Shown in pieces: positions 7,095-18,913 of a stretch of DNA of 32,000 nucleotides (the stretch's first letter is position 1; each line of letters starts with the position of its first letter). The translations under genes were made by a program, and so were the position numbers. The notes beneath the pieces were generated by a model. The model saw only the letters and a program-made list of their open reading frames with translations, made no database searches and had not been told where the DNA came from. Source of the stretch: Candidatus Saccharimonas aalborgensis (GTDB lineage: Bacteria > Patescibacteriota > Saccharimonadia > Saccharimonadales > Saccharimonadaceae); assembly GCF_000392435.1 (NCBI RefSeq), contig NC_021219.1, forward strand, positions 870,001-902,000. The letters are read 5' to 3'.

Positions 7095-7931
7095 TTACCT
7101 AAGGATAATACCGCTGAATGATGATCGGCGAGCGGCAGCTTTTCGCTGTGCTTTCTCGTGTTTTTCGGCTTGATGCCATGCCTCATCGAGGGCATGGGTG
7201 TCGAACGGTTCGTAGCCAAGAGAGGCAAATAACGCAGCCTGTTGCCGTAATGTGTGTAGCGTAGCACGATTTGACGTCGTATGACCGTACGTCCAATTAT
7301 AACCCATTGAAAAAGAGGCGGCATCGAGTATTGCCTGAATAGTACCTCGACCGATATGCGCCTGCCGTAGTGCTCCTAGCTCGACCCCGACGGCGAGCGT
7401 GTCTTTGACCTCAGGATCCCGGCTTGAGCGACCCCTCACTGGCACATCAAAGGTCAACCACGGAGACGAAAAGGGTTGTACGTAATGACGGCTTCGGGAT
7501 GGCTCGCGGTGATGCAGGACGAGATTTGTCGGTTCCCCTGTGATAACACCCGTGTAGTGAGCCGCTCGCTCGGCGGGCAGATCGATAGCGGGAGCGCCAG
7601 GCTGTATTTCGGTAAATGTAGCGATAAGTTTATCGGCTTCGGGTTGCCCGTAGAGTCGAATGATTTCGGGATCGAGATCGCGCAGTTCGGCGGCGACAGT
7701 AGCAATCTCGACTAGTGAAGCATTTCCCTCCTCGATGAGCTGAGTGAGTCGCGCGGCGGCCTGCGAAAACGCAGCGATACGAGCCTCTTTGGCCTCATCG
7801 CGGACTGCAGCAGCTTGGCGTTCTAGCTCAGATGCGTACGTATCAGTTGCGGCGATTCTATTCGTGGCGTCCAGAATAGCCTTAAGTTCCTCAGGCATCA
7901 CAGATGTTTGTAGTCGTTCTCGCGTTGACAT
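7095..7931 (-). CDS. Hypothetical protein (278 aa), probable partner of the AAA+ ATPase
   Basis: Uninterrupted ORF preceded by GAGGAGGTGACAA, 49 nt downstream of the AAA+ gene on the same strand. Confidence 0.7.
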   Translation of the reverse strand: MSTRERLQTSVMPEELKAILDATNRIAATDTYASELERQAAAVRDEAKEARIAAFSQAAARLTQLIEEGNASLVEIATVAAELRDLDPEIIRLYGQPEADKLIATFTEIQPGAPAIDLPAERAAHYTGVITGEPTNLVLHHREPSRSRHYVQPFSSPWLTFDVPVRGRSSRDPEVKDTLAVGVELGALRQAHIGRGTIQAILDAASFSMGYNWTYGHTTSNRATLHTLRQQAALFASLGYEPFDTHALDEAWHQAEKHEKAQRKAAARRSSFSGIILR

Positions 7932-7980
7932 TTGTCACCTCCTCTTGGTAGTAGCTTACCTTAATGATAGCAGACTGATA

Positions 7981-9579
7981 TTAGACGGTGTCTGATTTGC
8001 GGATATACTCTGCGATGAGGTCCATGATCTCTTGCTGGGTGATAGGCGGCATACTAATGGCAGCCACCTCTTCACCAGTGATTTCGGCGCGCTTGGTAGC
8101 CGCGACATACTCGCGGAGGCGACGGCGACGTAGCTCCTGGAGTATTTCATCGAAGTCGGCACCGACGAGTCCATAACTACTTGCCGCCAGTTCAGGCACA
8201 TTGATGGAATGATCAAAATCGAGCGTCGGTAACCCTGGGTTAAGCTCGCGATTATTGACAGCATCCGCGGCAAGTTTGCCTAGCATAAGTGCCAGAATGC
8301 GACTGCGGTCATACTCGCTTGGGAGACCAATCTCAATTTTCTCAAACCGACCGGTACGGAAGAGCGCCTTATCGACTTTATCCTCGTGATTTGTCGCCGC
8401 CACGACAATAATATTGTGATGGTTTGCAAGGAGGTCGAGAATATGTGACTTTAGGCGGTTGACTGTATCGGCGCGCTCTCCGTGAATACGTGAAGCATCT
8501 GCGCCAAGACTATCAACTTCGTCCATGAAAAGAACGATTTTTGCACCATCAACCTCTGCTTTTTTCTTGATCTCAGCGATCTTCTCGTCGAGGTTTCGAG
8601 CTGATTTGCCAACCCACATCTCAATGATCTCAGAAACATGAAATTGTATGAATTCGGCATCAATTTCGTGCGAAAACGCTTCGGCGAGGGTAGTTTTGCC
8701 TGTCCCGGGAGGTCCGTACAGAAAGATACCTTGCCCTTTCTTGAGCCCGATATTTTTTGCAATTGTGGGGTATTCGCTGAGTAATGCGAGGTCGAGTAAT
8801 TTTCGCTTGGCGATCTCGTAGCCGGCAATATCATCAAAGGAAAGCGGTTTTTCGGTCCGCAGTTCCTGCTCGGGGACTGCGATAAGTGGTTCTGGCGGAA
8901 TAATCGTGCAGTAGAGCTTTTTGGTGTAATCGGCACTGTACATCCCTACGGCGTTGTCGCGGACATGTGCCCAGATTTGCATGAAGCGCTTGACATCATC
9001 TAAGCGTTCTTCGGGCGTATCCTCGATAAAGAATATTGATTCAATTTCTTCTGCAGATGGCTCAACACCGATCTCCGCAAGGTAATCTGAATACGATAAC
9101 GTCGAGAGTGTCGCACCCTGGTATTTGGTTGTTTGGTTGCTTGTACGGGTTTTCATCTGCTCATAAAGATCAATCCGTACATAGCGATTTGGTGAAAGCT
9201 CTGCATACCTGGTTGAGCGGCTTCTGGGGTGTTGGATAGTTTGGCACCCTAAACCGGCGTAGAGGTACTGGTCGAGTACGCGGACAAATTTATCAATCCA
9301 AGCTGGTCCCTTCAATTCATCCCTATCAACATCAAAATAAATTCGGCCATTGATCTGAAAATCCGAATCAGGAGACTCGGTCGTGCATTCAATTTGCGCA
9401 CCCCTCACTGGACTATCTATCTCGACGTTCCCGTGGCGAAAGAGCGTGTGCGAGATTTCCCTCGGCGTTCGCGTACACATGACGAGGTAGTCTTCATCCG
9501 GGCGCATCACCATTTCTGTGAAGCGAGATGAGAACCGAGTACCTCTTTCGGCTGCCGAATCTCTACGTTGCTCTGCCAT
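7981..9579 (-). CDS. AAA+ ATPase (FtsH/Cdc48-like core, unusual N-terminal domain)
   Basis: Walker A GPPGTGKTT, Walker B KIVLFMDEVDSLG, sensor VVAATNHEDKVDKALFRTGRFEKIEIGLP. Likely start MAEQRRDSAAERG at 9579, 8 nt after TAGTAT. Confidence 0.85.
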   Translation of the reverse strand: MAEQRRDSAAERGTRFSSRFTEMVMRPDEDYLVMCTRTPREISHTLFRHGNVEIDSPVRGAQIECTTESPDSDFQINGRIYFDVDRDELKGPAWIDKFVRVLDQYLYAGLGCQTIQHPRSRSTRYAELSPNRYVRIDLYEQMKTRTSNQTTKYQGATLSTLSYSDYLAEIGVEPSAEEIESIFFIEDTPEERLDDVKRFMQIWAHVRDNAVGMYSADYTKKLYCTIIPPEPLIAVPEQELRTEKPLSFDDIAGYEIAKRKLLDLALLSEYPTIAKNIGLKKGQGIFLYGPPGTGKTTLAEAFSHEIDAEFIQFHVSEIIEMWVGKSARNLDEKIAEIKKKAEVDGAKIVLFMDEVDSLGADASRIHGERADTVNRLKSHILDLLANHHNIIVVAATNHEDKVDKALFRTGRFEKIEIGLPSEYDRSRILALMLGKLAADAVNNRELNPGLPTLDFDHSINVPELAASSYGLVGADFDEILQELRRRRLREYVAATKRAEITGEEVAAISMPPITQQEIMDLIAEYIRKSDTV

Positions 9580-9634
9580 TTGTCCACATACTAACAGATA
9601 TATGAGGCAGCGCAAGCATAGGCGTAACGAAGGG

Positions 9635-9907
9635 CTACGAAATCAGATTTTTTGCTTTGAGGGTTTCGTCGATGCGCTTACGATCAAAGCCGGTGATGAT
9701 GACGCCGTCGATATCGGTAACGGGAACACCACTGTAGGAGCCGCCGTTTTTGGCCATCAACTCGTCCATCGCTGCCGGGTCTTCCTCAACATCCTTTGAG
9801 ACATAGCTGACACCAAGGTGATCGAGGTATTGTTTTTCGGTTTTGCAAAACGCGCACCAAGGGGTGCTGTACACGATTACTGAGGCATCGGTAGGTTGCT
9901 GTGACAT
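9635..9907 (-). CDS. Glutaredoxin-family protein
   Basis: VIVYSTPWCAFCKTEKQYLDHLGVSYVSKDVEED...GGSYSGVPVTDIDGVIITGFDRKRID: CxxC thioredoxin fold with a GVPV cis-Pro-like motif. Confidence 0.85.
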   Translation of the reverse strand: MSQQPTDASVIVYSTPWCAFCKTEKQYLDHLGVSYVSKDVEEDPAAMDELMAKNGGSYSGVPVTDIDGVIITGFDRKRIDETLKAKNLIS

Positions 9908-10015
9908 GTCTATTTTCTCCCCCTCTATATGGTGTTCAGTATAACAAATTCAACACTAGAGAGCAACATTTTTGTGCTGGTCACATCCGCATACCACTCA
10001 TGCTATACTGGAATT

Positions 10016-11926
10016 ATGTCAAGACATATGAACCGCGAGCAAGGCTTTGCGTTGCCAACCGTCGTGATTGTATCGGTCGTTCTTTTTGTGGTAATGCTGG
10101 CGGCGATTTCGTCTGTATCGAGTATTCGTGGCGCACTGTTGGCGCAGTATTATCAGCAACTCGCTCGTGAGGCGGCGGAATCCGGAGCTGAGTTTGCTGC
10201 AAATTGCCTCGATGCTAACTCAAATATCGTGACATGGACCGTAGCAAAACCTCTCAAACCAAATACAGACTGCACCGGAACAGAAGTTGTTGCTTGTACC
10301 TCCATGCCCCATCCTGCAGGGTGCGATGTCAATAGTAGCACAAATATGTATTCAACTTTTTCGGTTGCACCTCCATCGTCAGCGAATCTATTTGACTATA
10401 TTGTCACTGTTACCGCTACGGTAAATCTTGTCAGATCTGGTACGACAACGGTATGGAATAATTATTCGATAGCGATGCGCTACGATCCGGTAAAAAAAAG
10501 TCAGCCCGCATTTCCTAGTGTTCCAACTTTTGGTTCCTCAGGCGTAATATCGGCTTTTAGCGATGGTTACCTCTGGGGCTGGGGGTGTAACGGGTCAAGC
10601 CAGTTTGGTGATGGCACAACGACAAACAAATTGATACCGGGGAGGCTTATCGCCATGAGCGATGTCGTAGACATTGTTTCTGCTGCTATTAACTCGACAT
10701 CGGGCACAGTAACCGCTCTCAAATCTAATGGCTCAGTCTGGGCATGGGGCTACAATGCCGATGGGCAGATCGGCAACGGTACCACTACGACACAATCAAC
10801 TCCGACTCAAGTTATTTCAAGTGGAGTTGTCAAGATATACCCTGTCAAAAGTGCGTCGGGTGTTGTGCACGAAACGGTGTATGCTCTCAAATCTGACGGT
10901 TCGCTATGGGCATGGGGGTATAACGGAAGTGGTCAGGTTGGCAACAATTCCACCACCAATCAGCTCACGCCTGTGCAGATCATCGCTAGCGGGGTAAGCA
11001 AAGTGTATGCGACAGGATATAATGTCTATGTCATCAAATCTGACGGTTCTCTGTGGGCATGGGGAAGTGGGACCAATGGACCGGTTGGCAACAATTCCAC
11101 CACCAATCAGCTCACGCCTGTGCAGATCATCGCTAGCGGGGTAAGCAGCGTCATCACTACATGGTTTGGGGCATACGCAATCAAATCTGACGGTTCGCTA
11201 TGGGCATGGGGGTATAACGGTGCCGGTCAGGTTGGTAACAATTCCACCACCAATCGACTTACACCCGTACAAGTTATAGCCAGTGGGGTATCACAGATGA
11301 TCGCGAGCGCTTCATCTCCCTACCCGGCTCGACTTGTTATCAAAACTGACGGCTCACTCTGGGCATGGGGAAGTAATACATACGGTCAGGTCGGCAACAA
11401 CTCTACCACCAATCAGCTCACTCCCGTACAGATCATGGCGAGCGGAGTGGTTAAAGCATCGGCAAATGACCTGACCACGTTTGCAATCAAATCTGACGGT
11501 TCGCTATGGGCATGGGGGTATAACACAACGTATGGGACGGTCGGCAACAACTCTACCACCAATCGGCTCACTCCCGTACAGATCATGGCGAGCGGAGTGA
11601 CTGCCGCAGGGGCAGATTCCTATAGCGCATACGCTCTCAAATCTGACGGCTCACTCTGGATATGGGGAAATAATAGCAATGGTGTAGTCGGTAATGGCAC
11701 ATTGACAACCCAACTCGTTCCGTATCAGGCAATCAGTAGTGGCGTTACTCAAGTTAATTTTTCGTCGACACTCGTGTATGCCCTAAAATCAGATGGAACT
11801 GCATGGGCGATTAGCAATAATAACACAGCGTGTAATTTGAATGGCACCAATCCTTCCACCTATAATCCGAGAATTCCAGTACAAATTGCGATTCCTCCGA
11901 TCATAATAAAAAGCCGTGCGTATTAA
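10016..11926 (+). CDS. Type IV pilin-like N-terminus fused to an RCC1-type beta-propeller
   Basis: N-term MSRHMNREQGFALPTVVIVSVVLFVVMLAAISSV (prepilin-like), then about 8 units of the type SDGSLWAWGYNGxGQVGNNSTTNQLTPVQIxASGV. Confidence 0.8.
   Translation: MSRHMNREQGFALPTVVIVSVVLFVVMLAAISSVSSIRGALLAQYYQQLAREAAESGAEFAANCLDANSNIVTWTVAKPLKPNTDCTGTEVVACTSMPHPAGCDVNSSTNMYSTFSVAPPSSANLFDYIVTVTATVNLVRSGTTTVWNNYSIAMRYDPVKKSQPAFPSVPTFGSSGVISAFSDGYLWGWGCNGSSQFGDGTTTNKLIPGRLIAMSDVVDIVSAAINSTSGTVTALKSNGSVWAWGYNADGQIGNGTTTTQSTPTQVISSGVVKIYPVKSASGVVHETVYALKSDGSLWAWGYNGSGQVGNNSTTNQLTPVQIIASGVSKVYATGYNVYVIKSDGSLWAWGSGTNGPVGNNSTTNQLTPVQIIASGVSSVITTWFGAYAIKSDGSLWAWGYNGAGQVGNNSTTNRLTPVQVIASGVSQMIASASSPYPARLVIKTDGSLWAWGSNTYGQVGNNSTTNQLTPVQIMASGVVKASANDLTTFAIKSDGSLWAWGYNTTYGTVGNNSTTNRLTPVQIMASGVTAAGADSYSAYALKSDGSLWIWGNNSNGVVGNGTLTTQLVPYQAISSGVTQVNFSSTLVYALKSDGTAWAISNNNTACNLNGTNPSTYNPRIPVQIAIPPIIIKSRAY
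10550..11800 (+). repeat. RCC1 repeat-coding region, period about 150 nt with near-identical central units
   Basis: Recurring aaatctgacggttcgctatgggcatgggg... and caacaattccaccaccaatcagctcacgcctgtgcagatcatcgctagcgg. Confidence 0.85.
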
Positions 11927-11931
11927 TACGA

Positions 11932-12123
11932 TTATTTGGATGTCAGATACCACCCACCGTCATGAGGTGATTGGTAGACTCGGAGCAAGACAGTAGGCTC
12001 GTACAGTATCCGTTGACACATGGCTGCTTCGGCTGCTTTTTTTGTTGGGTAGCGTATTTTTGTCCGCTCTTTTACTGGCAGCTTACGGAGGATGTGCTTG
12101 GGGGTACGATTACGACGCGGCAT
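11932..12123 (-). CDS. Small basic hypothetical protein (63 aa)
   Basis: MPRRNRTPKHILRKLPVKERTKIRYPTKKAAEAAMCQRILYEPTVLLRVYQSPHDGGWYLTSK; TATACT box 9 nt before the ATG. Confidence 0.5.
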   Translation of the reverse strand: MPRRNRTPKHILRKLPVKERTKIRYPTKKAAEAAMCQRILYEPTVLLRVYQSPHDGGWYLTSK

Positions 12124-12189
12124 GTTGTAAATAGTATAGCGCATCACCTCTTACATTTTGTGAGCAACAGTGGTATAATCAAACCATAC

Positions 12190-12450
12190 ATGGGTAAGCT
12201 ACCTGCTGCGAGTAATAGCTCTAACACAAAGGGCGTATCGGTAAACCGGTCCGCTTCTCTTGTGATGATCGCAACGATGGCGGATACAACGTGGCGTATG
12301 TTTGTCCCGACAGTTGGCTTGATTGTAGCAGGAGACGCGCTCGATGGGCGCTTCACGACCCGACCTTGGCTCATGTTGACTGGTGCACTGATCGGCTCAC
12401 TGCTCGCTGCCCTCCTCATAAAACGCCAACTTCAGAGAGGAAAGGCATGA
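12190..12450 (+). CDS. AtpI-like small membrane protein (ATP synthase assembly-type)
   Basis: MGKLPAASNSSNTKGVSVNRSASLVMIATMADTTWRMFVPTVGLIVAGDALDGRFTTRPWLMLTGALIGSLLAALLIKRQLQRGKA; two TM segments, first gene before atpB. Confidence 0.6.
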   Translation: MGKLPAASNSSNTKGVSVNRSASLVMIATMADTTWRMFVPTVGLIVAGDALDGRFTTRPWLMLTGALIGSLLAALLIKRQLQRGKA

Positions 12451-13250
12451 TAATGAGTGGATTTGCTTCTGCTGCGGTAGCAACTGAACATATCACGAGT
12501 TTGTTTGGACTGCCTATCACCAATTCTATGCTGCTTGGCGCGGTCGGTATTATCATTATGTTGAGTGTCCTCGGATCAACAGCATATGCACTCAAAAAAG
12601 GTCGTCACAATCACTTTATTGGTCTCGTGTCATGGGCGGTTGAAGGCATGTATGGCACTGTGCTCGATATCGTACCTGATCGCAAAGTTGCTCGGCAGAT
12701 AGCACCGCTTGCCCTCACTATCTTTTTCACCGTACTTGTCACCTACTGGTGTGGCGTGTTGCCGGGTGTTGGTTCGATCACTATCGATGGCAAGGAACTG
12801 TTCCGCGGCTTGCCGACTGATCTCAATTTTACTTTTGCGATCGCCCTCATCACGATGGTGACGGTACAGTGGTACGCTATCAAGGCGCACGGGATTTTTG
12901 GTAATGCTGGTCGCTATCTTGTCAATCCGCTCAAAAATCCGATCGGGGCCTTTGAGGGGCTACTTGAGCTTGTTGGTGAGTTTAGCCGACTTGTAGCGCT
13001 CAGCCTGCGTCTCTTTGGCAACGCTTTTGCGGGCGAAGTATTGCTGGTGATCGTAGCATCACTTTCGGGCTGGTTTGCGGGCCTGAGCTTGCCACTCGTC
13101 ATGATCTTTGAGTTATTCATCGGCTTTATTCAGGCCTACGTATTCTTTATGTTGACACTTATCTTTACGTCCCTGGCTATTTCTAGCCACGGTGACTCTC
13201 ACCCCGAACACTCGCCCGCTCACCCTAAGGGAGCGCAGAGTGAAGCATAA
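12447..13250 (+). CDS. atpB: F0F1 ATP synthase subunit a
   Basis: NPIGAFEGLLELVGEFSRLVALSLRLFGNAFAGEVLL...FELFIGFIQAYVFFMLTLIFTSLA. Start at 12447 (ATGA overlap) or 12453. Confidence 0.93.
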   Translation: MIMSGFASAAVATEHITSLFGLPITNSMLLGAVGIIIMLSVLGSTAYALKKGRHNHFIGLVSWAVEGMYGTVLDIVPDRKVARQIAPLALTIFFTVLVTYWCGVLPGVGSITIDGKELFRGLPTDLNFTFAIALITMVTVQWYAIKAHGIFGNAGRYLVNPLKNPIGAFEGLLELVGEFSRLVALSLRLFGNAFAGEVLLVIVASLSGWFAGLSLPLVMIFELFIGFIQAYVFFMLTLIFTSLAISSHGDSHPEHSPAHPKGAQSEA

Positions 13251-13295
13251 TAGTACGTTAGTAACAAATTAATAGTAAGGAGAAATATAACAATT

Positions 13296-13505
13296 ATGGA
13301 ACCACTCGCATTTGGTCTGACCTACGCACTACCTGCATTTGGTGCAGCAATCGGCGTTGGCTTGATTGGCGCTGGTGCTCTCAATGCACTTGGCCGCAAT
13401 CCAGAGAAACTAAGCGATATTCGTACGTTGATGATCACCGCTATCGTCTTCGCTGACTCACTGGCCATCATCGGTATCATTGTCGCCTACATGGCAAAGG
13501 GATAA
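13296..13505 (+). CDS. atpE: F0F1 ATP synthase subunit c
   Basis: Two-helix proteolipid ...GVGLIGAGALNALGRNPE...ITAIVFADSLAIIGIIVAYMAKG; preceded by AAGGAG. Confidence 0.95.
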   Translation: MEPLAFGLTYALPAFGAAIGVGLIGAGALNALGRNPEKLSDIRTLMITAIVFADSLAIIGIIVAYMAKG

Positions 13506-13514
13506 GTTTTTTCT

Positions 13515-14057
13515 ATGGATCTTGCTGTACTCACCCATTTTGCGACCGAGGAAGCGGCCTCAAGCGGTATTCTCGGAACACTTGGTATTGATGTCAAGTT
13601 GTTGGTATTTCAGCTGATCGCATTTGTGCTCCTCATCCTTATTCTGAATAAATGGATATTTCCAGTATTCTTCAAGATCATCGACAAGCGTCAAGCGGTG
13701 ATCGAGGAGAGCAACAGAGCAGCGGTTGAGGCGAGCAAACAAGCAGAAAAATCGCAAGCCGAGATAGAAAAAATGCTCAAACAAGCACGTGTTGAAGCAA
13801 AAGATATCGTGGCAACCGCAAAAGATGAAGCAACAGAGATGATGCGTCAGGCTGAGGAAAAGTCCAAGGCAGAGGCACAGCATATCGTTGCGGTGGCACA
13901 TGAATCGCTCGCCAAAGACGTATTGGCAGCCAAAAAAGCACTTCATAATGAGACGGTTGAACTGGTAGCGCTTGCGACCGAAAAAGTTGTGGGCAAAACA
14001 GTCACAAAGTCAGTCGACATGACGCTTATCAAAGACGCACTGAAAGAGGTGCAGTAA
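13515..14057 (+). CDS. atpF: F0F1 ATP synthase subunit b
   Basis: N-terminal TM (LLVFQLIAFVLLILILNKWIFP) plus long charged coiled coil; position in operon. Confidence 0.92.
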   Translation: MDLAVLTHFATEEAASSGILGTLGIDVKLLVFQLIAFVLLILILNKWIFPVFFKIIDKRQAVIEESNRAAVEASKQAEKSQAEIEKMLKQARVEAKDIVATAKDEATEMMRQAEEKSKAEAQHIVAVAHESLAKDVLAAKKALHNETVELVALATEKVVGKTVTKSVDMTLIKDALKEVQ

Positions 14058-14059
14058 CT

Positions 14060-14443
14060 GTGAACACGAGACTCTCGCGTCGCAAGCTTGCGCTCTATGT
14101 CGCTGATGGCATTGCTGTCGATGGAGAGCTCAGTCGGCGTATCGAGGAAGTAGCGGCGTATTTGATTGACAGTAAACGTCTCAGAGAGGCAGAGCTTGTC
14201 GTCCGGGCTATCGAGGACGCGCTTGTTGAGGCTGGCACAGTAGTCACTACAGTTACCACCTCTGGACCGCTGATCGAAGATATGACAGACGCGATCAAGA
14301 AGCTGACGGGGGCTCACACTGTTGCTATCCGCGAGAGAGTTGATCCTCAGCTGTTGGGCGGCGTCATCATAGAGACACCCGGACAGATGTTGGACGCAAG
14401 TGTTCGAAGTAAACTAATGGCCCTTCGTCGGGCAAAATTGTAA
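14060..14443 (+). CDS. atpH: F0F1 ATP synthase subunit delta (short)
   Basis: GTG start; C-terminal [50 protein letters not shown]-like delta signature; position between atpF and atpA. Confidence 0.88.
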   Translation: MNTRLSRRKLALYVADGIAVDGELSRRIEEVAAYLIDSKRLREAELVVRAIEDALVEAGTVVTTVTTSGPLIEDMTDAIKKLTGAHTVAIRERVDPQLLGGVIIETPGQMLDASVRSKLMALRRAKL

Positions 14444-14466
14444 AAACGAGTGAAAGGAATCATTTG

Positions 14467-16005
14467 ATGGCTGATCTAGCAGTGACAGAATTATCAAAAA
14501 CCCTTCGCGACGCGATTGCAAAGCTGGAAACGAGCGATAGGCTCGAGACAGTTGGTATCGTGACTCGCGTCGGCGACGGAGTGGCTTGGGTGCACGGGTT
14601 GGCGGATGCCGGCTATAGTGAAGTGCTCCAGATCGAAACTGCGCACAGCGGTGTCGTAGAGGCGTTTGCGCTTAATCTCATGGAAGATGAAATCGGTGCG
14701 GTGCTTTTGGGAAGTGACCAGGGTGTTGCCGCAGGTGATCGAGTAACACTCAAGGGTGAAATTTTGTCAGTTCCGGTCGGTACTGAGCTGCTTGGCCGCG
14801 TTGTCAACCCTCTGGGTGAAGCACTTGATGGTGGACCGGCGATTAAATCAACCGAACGATTGCCAGTTGAGCGTGAAGCAGTCGGCGTCATGGGCCGTAA
14901 GCACGTGCATGAGCCGCTGATGACGGGTATCATGGCTATTGATGCCATGTTTCCTATCGGACGGGGCCAGCGCGAGCTGATTATTGGAGATCGTCAGACT
15001 GGCAAGACTGCTATTGCTGTTGACACGATGATCAACCAAGCGAAGCAACAGAGTGGCGTGGTGAACGTCTACGTTGCTGTCGGTCAAAAACTGAGTAAGG
15101 TTGCTCGTCTTGTCGAGACCCTGAAACGCGAGGGGGTCATGGACCAAACGATTGTGGTGGCAACTGGTCCGAGTGATCCAGCAAGCCTCCTCTATCTCGC
15201 TCCATATGCGGGTACCGCGATGGGCGAATATTTCCGCGACAAGGGTGAACATGCGCTCATGATCTACGATGACCTCACAAAGCACGCAGTCGCGTACCGT
15301 CAGATGTCACTCCTCCTTCGCCGTCCACCGGGACGTGAAGCCTTTCCGGGTGATGTATTTTATCTTCACTCACGACTTCTCGAGCGTTCAAGCAAGCTCA
15401 GTGATGAGCTTGGCGCCGGCTCGCTCACTGCCCTGCCGATCATTGAGACACAGGCGGGAGACATCTCGGCCTATATCCCCACAAACGTGATTTCAATCAC
15501 CGATGGTCAGATTTTTATGGAGACCGACCTCTTTTATCAGGGTATTCGTCCTGCTATCTCGGCTGGACTCTCAGTGAGTCGTGTTGGTGGTGACGCCCAG
15601 ACAAAGGCCGTCAAGAGTGTTTCGGGTCACCTCAAGCTTGGCCTCAGCCAGTTCCGAGAGCTTGCCAGTTTCGCACAGTTTGGGAGCGACCTCGACGAGG
15701 CTACCAAAGCGCAGATTGAGCGTGGTCAACGGTTGACCGAACTCCTGAAGCAGCCACAATATCAGCCGATGAGCGTGTGGGAACAGTGTGCCAGTATCTT
15801 TACCGTGAGTGAAGGTCTGTTTGACCACGTACCGGCAAATAAAGTGAAGGATGCACAAAAAGCCCTCCTCACCCGTCTCTGGACAGATGAGAAGAAAGTC
15901 ATGCAGGAGCTCAATAAAGGCACCGACAAACTCGAAGCAGATAGCTCAACGGGCAAAGCAATTGCAAAGCTAGCAAAATTAGTTGCGAAAGGGTTTGAGG
16001 GCTAA
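14467..16005 (+). CDS. atpA: F0F1 ATP synthase subunit alpha
   Basis: [61 protein letters not shown]. Confidence 0.97.
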   Translation: MADLAVTELSKTLRDAIAKLETSDRLETVGIVTRVGDGVAWVHGLADAGYSEVLQIETAHSGVVEAFALNLMEDEIGAVLLGSDQGVAAGDRVTLKGEILSVPVGTELLGRVVNPLGEALDGGPAIKSTERLPVEREAVGVMGRKHVHEPLMTGIMAIDAMFPIGRGQRELIIGDRQTGKTAIAVDTMINQAKQQSGVVNVYVAVGQKLSKVARLVETLKREGVMDQTIVVATGPSDPASLLYLAPYAGTAMGEYFRDKGEHALMIYDDLTKHAVAYRQMSLLLRRPPGREAFPGDVFYLHSRLLERSSKLSDELGAGSLTALPIIETQAGDISAYIPTNVISITDGQIFMETDLFYQGIRPAISAGLSVSRVGGDAQTKAVKSVSGHLKLGLSQFRELASFAQFGSDLDEATKAQIERGQRLTELLKQPQYQPMSVWEQCASIFTVSEGLFDHVPANKVKDAQKALLTRLWTDEKKVMQELNKGTDKLEADSSTGKAIAKLAKLVAKGFEG

Positions 16006-16007
16006 TA

Positions 16008-16379
16008 ATGACACGTCGCGCTCGCGTCGAATTGGGTTACCGGACAGATTGTGACCTACTATCTAGGCCCGTTGTTCAGGAACAGCTACCATTTGACGTT
16101 ACTGCTGATATAAGACCTGCTCCTGAAGATGACGGTGAATCTTTCGCTTATGATATAAGGCAAATGATTGCCGAAACAGAAGCTCAATTAGCACGAGCAG
16201 AGGTTGATGGGAGAATCGACCGTGCGTGGCGAGGACTTTCGCGGGTTGCTCAATTAAGAATACTGCTCGATGCCGGTATTGATCCCTTTGCAAAATCACC
16301 ACCCCTAAGGATGAGTAGTGATACGGAAGAGGAAGCGCGGTATACACGAGCGCTTCTAGACGAGGCTCGTAATGGCTAG
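16008..16379 (+). CDS. Uncharacterised 123-aa protein embedded between atpA and atpG
   Basis: MTRRARVELGYRTDCDLLSRPVVQEQLPFDVTADIRPAPEDDGESFAYDIRQMIAETEAQLARAEVDGRIDRAWRGLSRVAQLRILLDAG...; begins 2 nt after the atpA stop and overlaps the atpG start by 8 nt. Confidence 0.75.
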   Translation: MTRRARVELGYRTDCDLLSRPVVQEQLPFDVTADIRPAPEDDGESFAYDIRQMIAETEAQLARAEVDGRIDRAWRGLSRVAQLRILLDAGIDPFAKSPPLRMSSDTEEEARYTRALLDEARNG

Positions 16380-17237
16380 TACGCAGCAACTCAAATCTCG
16401 TATCCGCTCGGTGAAGTCCACCAAGCAGATTACTAAGGCGATGCAGATGGTAGCTGCCAGCAAGATGCGGCGTGCGCAAGATGCGACCAAGGGCTCGGCG
16501 CCATACGAGCGGGCTGCCAACGAACTACTCACCTATCTCGCTAGTCAGGGAGTGACTGATCAGCACAAATGGTTCGTCAAGCGACCAGTCAAAAATCGTC
16601 TACTCATTGTTATCGCAAGTGACAAAGGTCTCGCTGGGGCATATAACTCAAATATCCTTCGATTGTACCTCGCTCAGCTCAAGGCCGATGACGCTTCTGG
16701 TGTTAAAAATCTCACCATTGCGGTCGGTCGCAAGGCCTCGCAATTTGTCACCCGTCTCAAAGATACAGAGGTCATCGGTACTTACGAGGATTTGCCAGAT
16801 CACCCCGAGGGCGCGCAGTTTCACGCTATCCTCAATACCGCCAAAGACGCATTTGAGAGTGGTAGGGTTGATGCTGTTGACGTACTGTACACAGAGTTTA
16901 TCAGTAGTATCAATCAGACAGCGGCGGTTACTCGTCTTTTCCCGGCCGGATTTATCGAGACAGAGGTAAGTGATGCGGTACGGGAGGCTATCTATGAGCC
17001 AAGTATTGAACGAGTGTTGGACGATGCTGCCTATCGGTTGATCGGCTCTCGCTTGTTTCAGGCGTTGCTCGATGCCCGGGCCAGCGAGCACAGTATGCGT
17101 ATGCTCGCGATGAAAAATGCTACCGACAATGCTACTGATCTCGTCGATGATCTAACGCTTGAGATGAACAAGGCTCGTCAGAGCGCGATCACTCAGGAGC
17201 TTGCCGAAATTAGCGGTGGTGCGGAGGCAATGAAATA

Positions 17238-17238
<1 letters not shown>
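16372..17238 (+). CDS. atpG: F0F1 ATP synthase subunit gamma
   Basis: LKSRIRSVKSTKQITKAMQMVAASKMRRAQ...SDKGLAGAYNSNI...RSAITQELAEISGGAEA. Confidence 0.96.
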
Positions 17239-18903
<1,665 letters not shown>

Positions 18904-18913
18904 AAGCTGTCTA

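Noticed and set aside
10550-11800. Regular repeats considered as a CRISPR or tandem non-coding array
   Set aside because: Period of about 150 nt, unbroken reading frame and RCC1 protein motif explain them as coding repeats; no short palindromic repeats with unique spacers.
14848-15285. Long antisense ORFs within atpA, atpD, atpF and uvrD
   Set aside because: Explained by codon structure of strongly conserved genes on the other strand.
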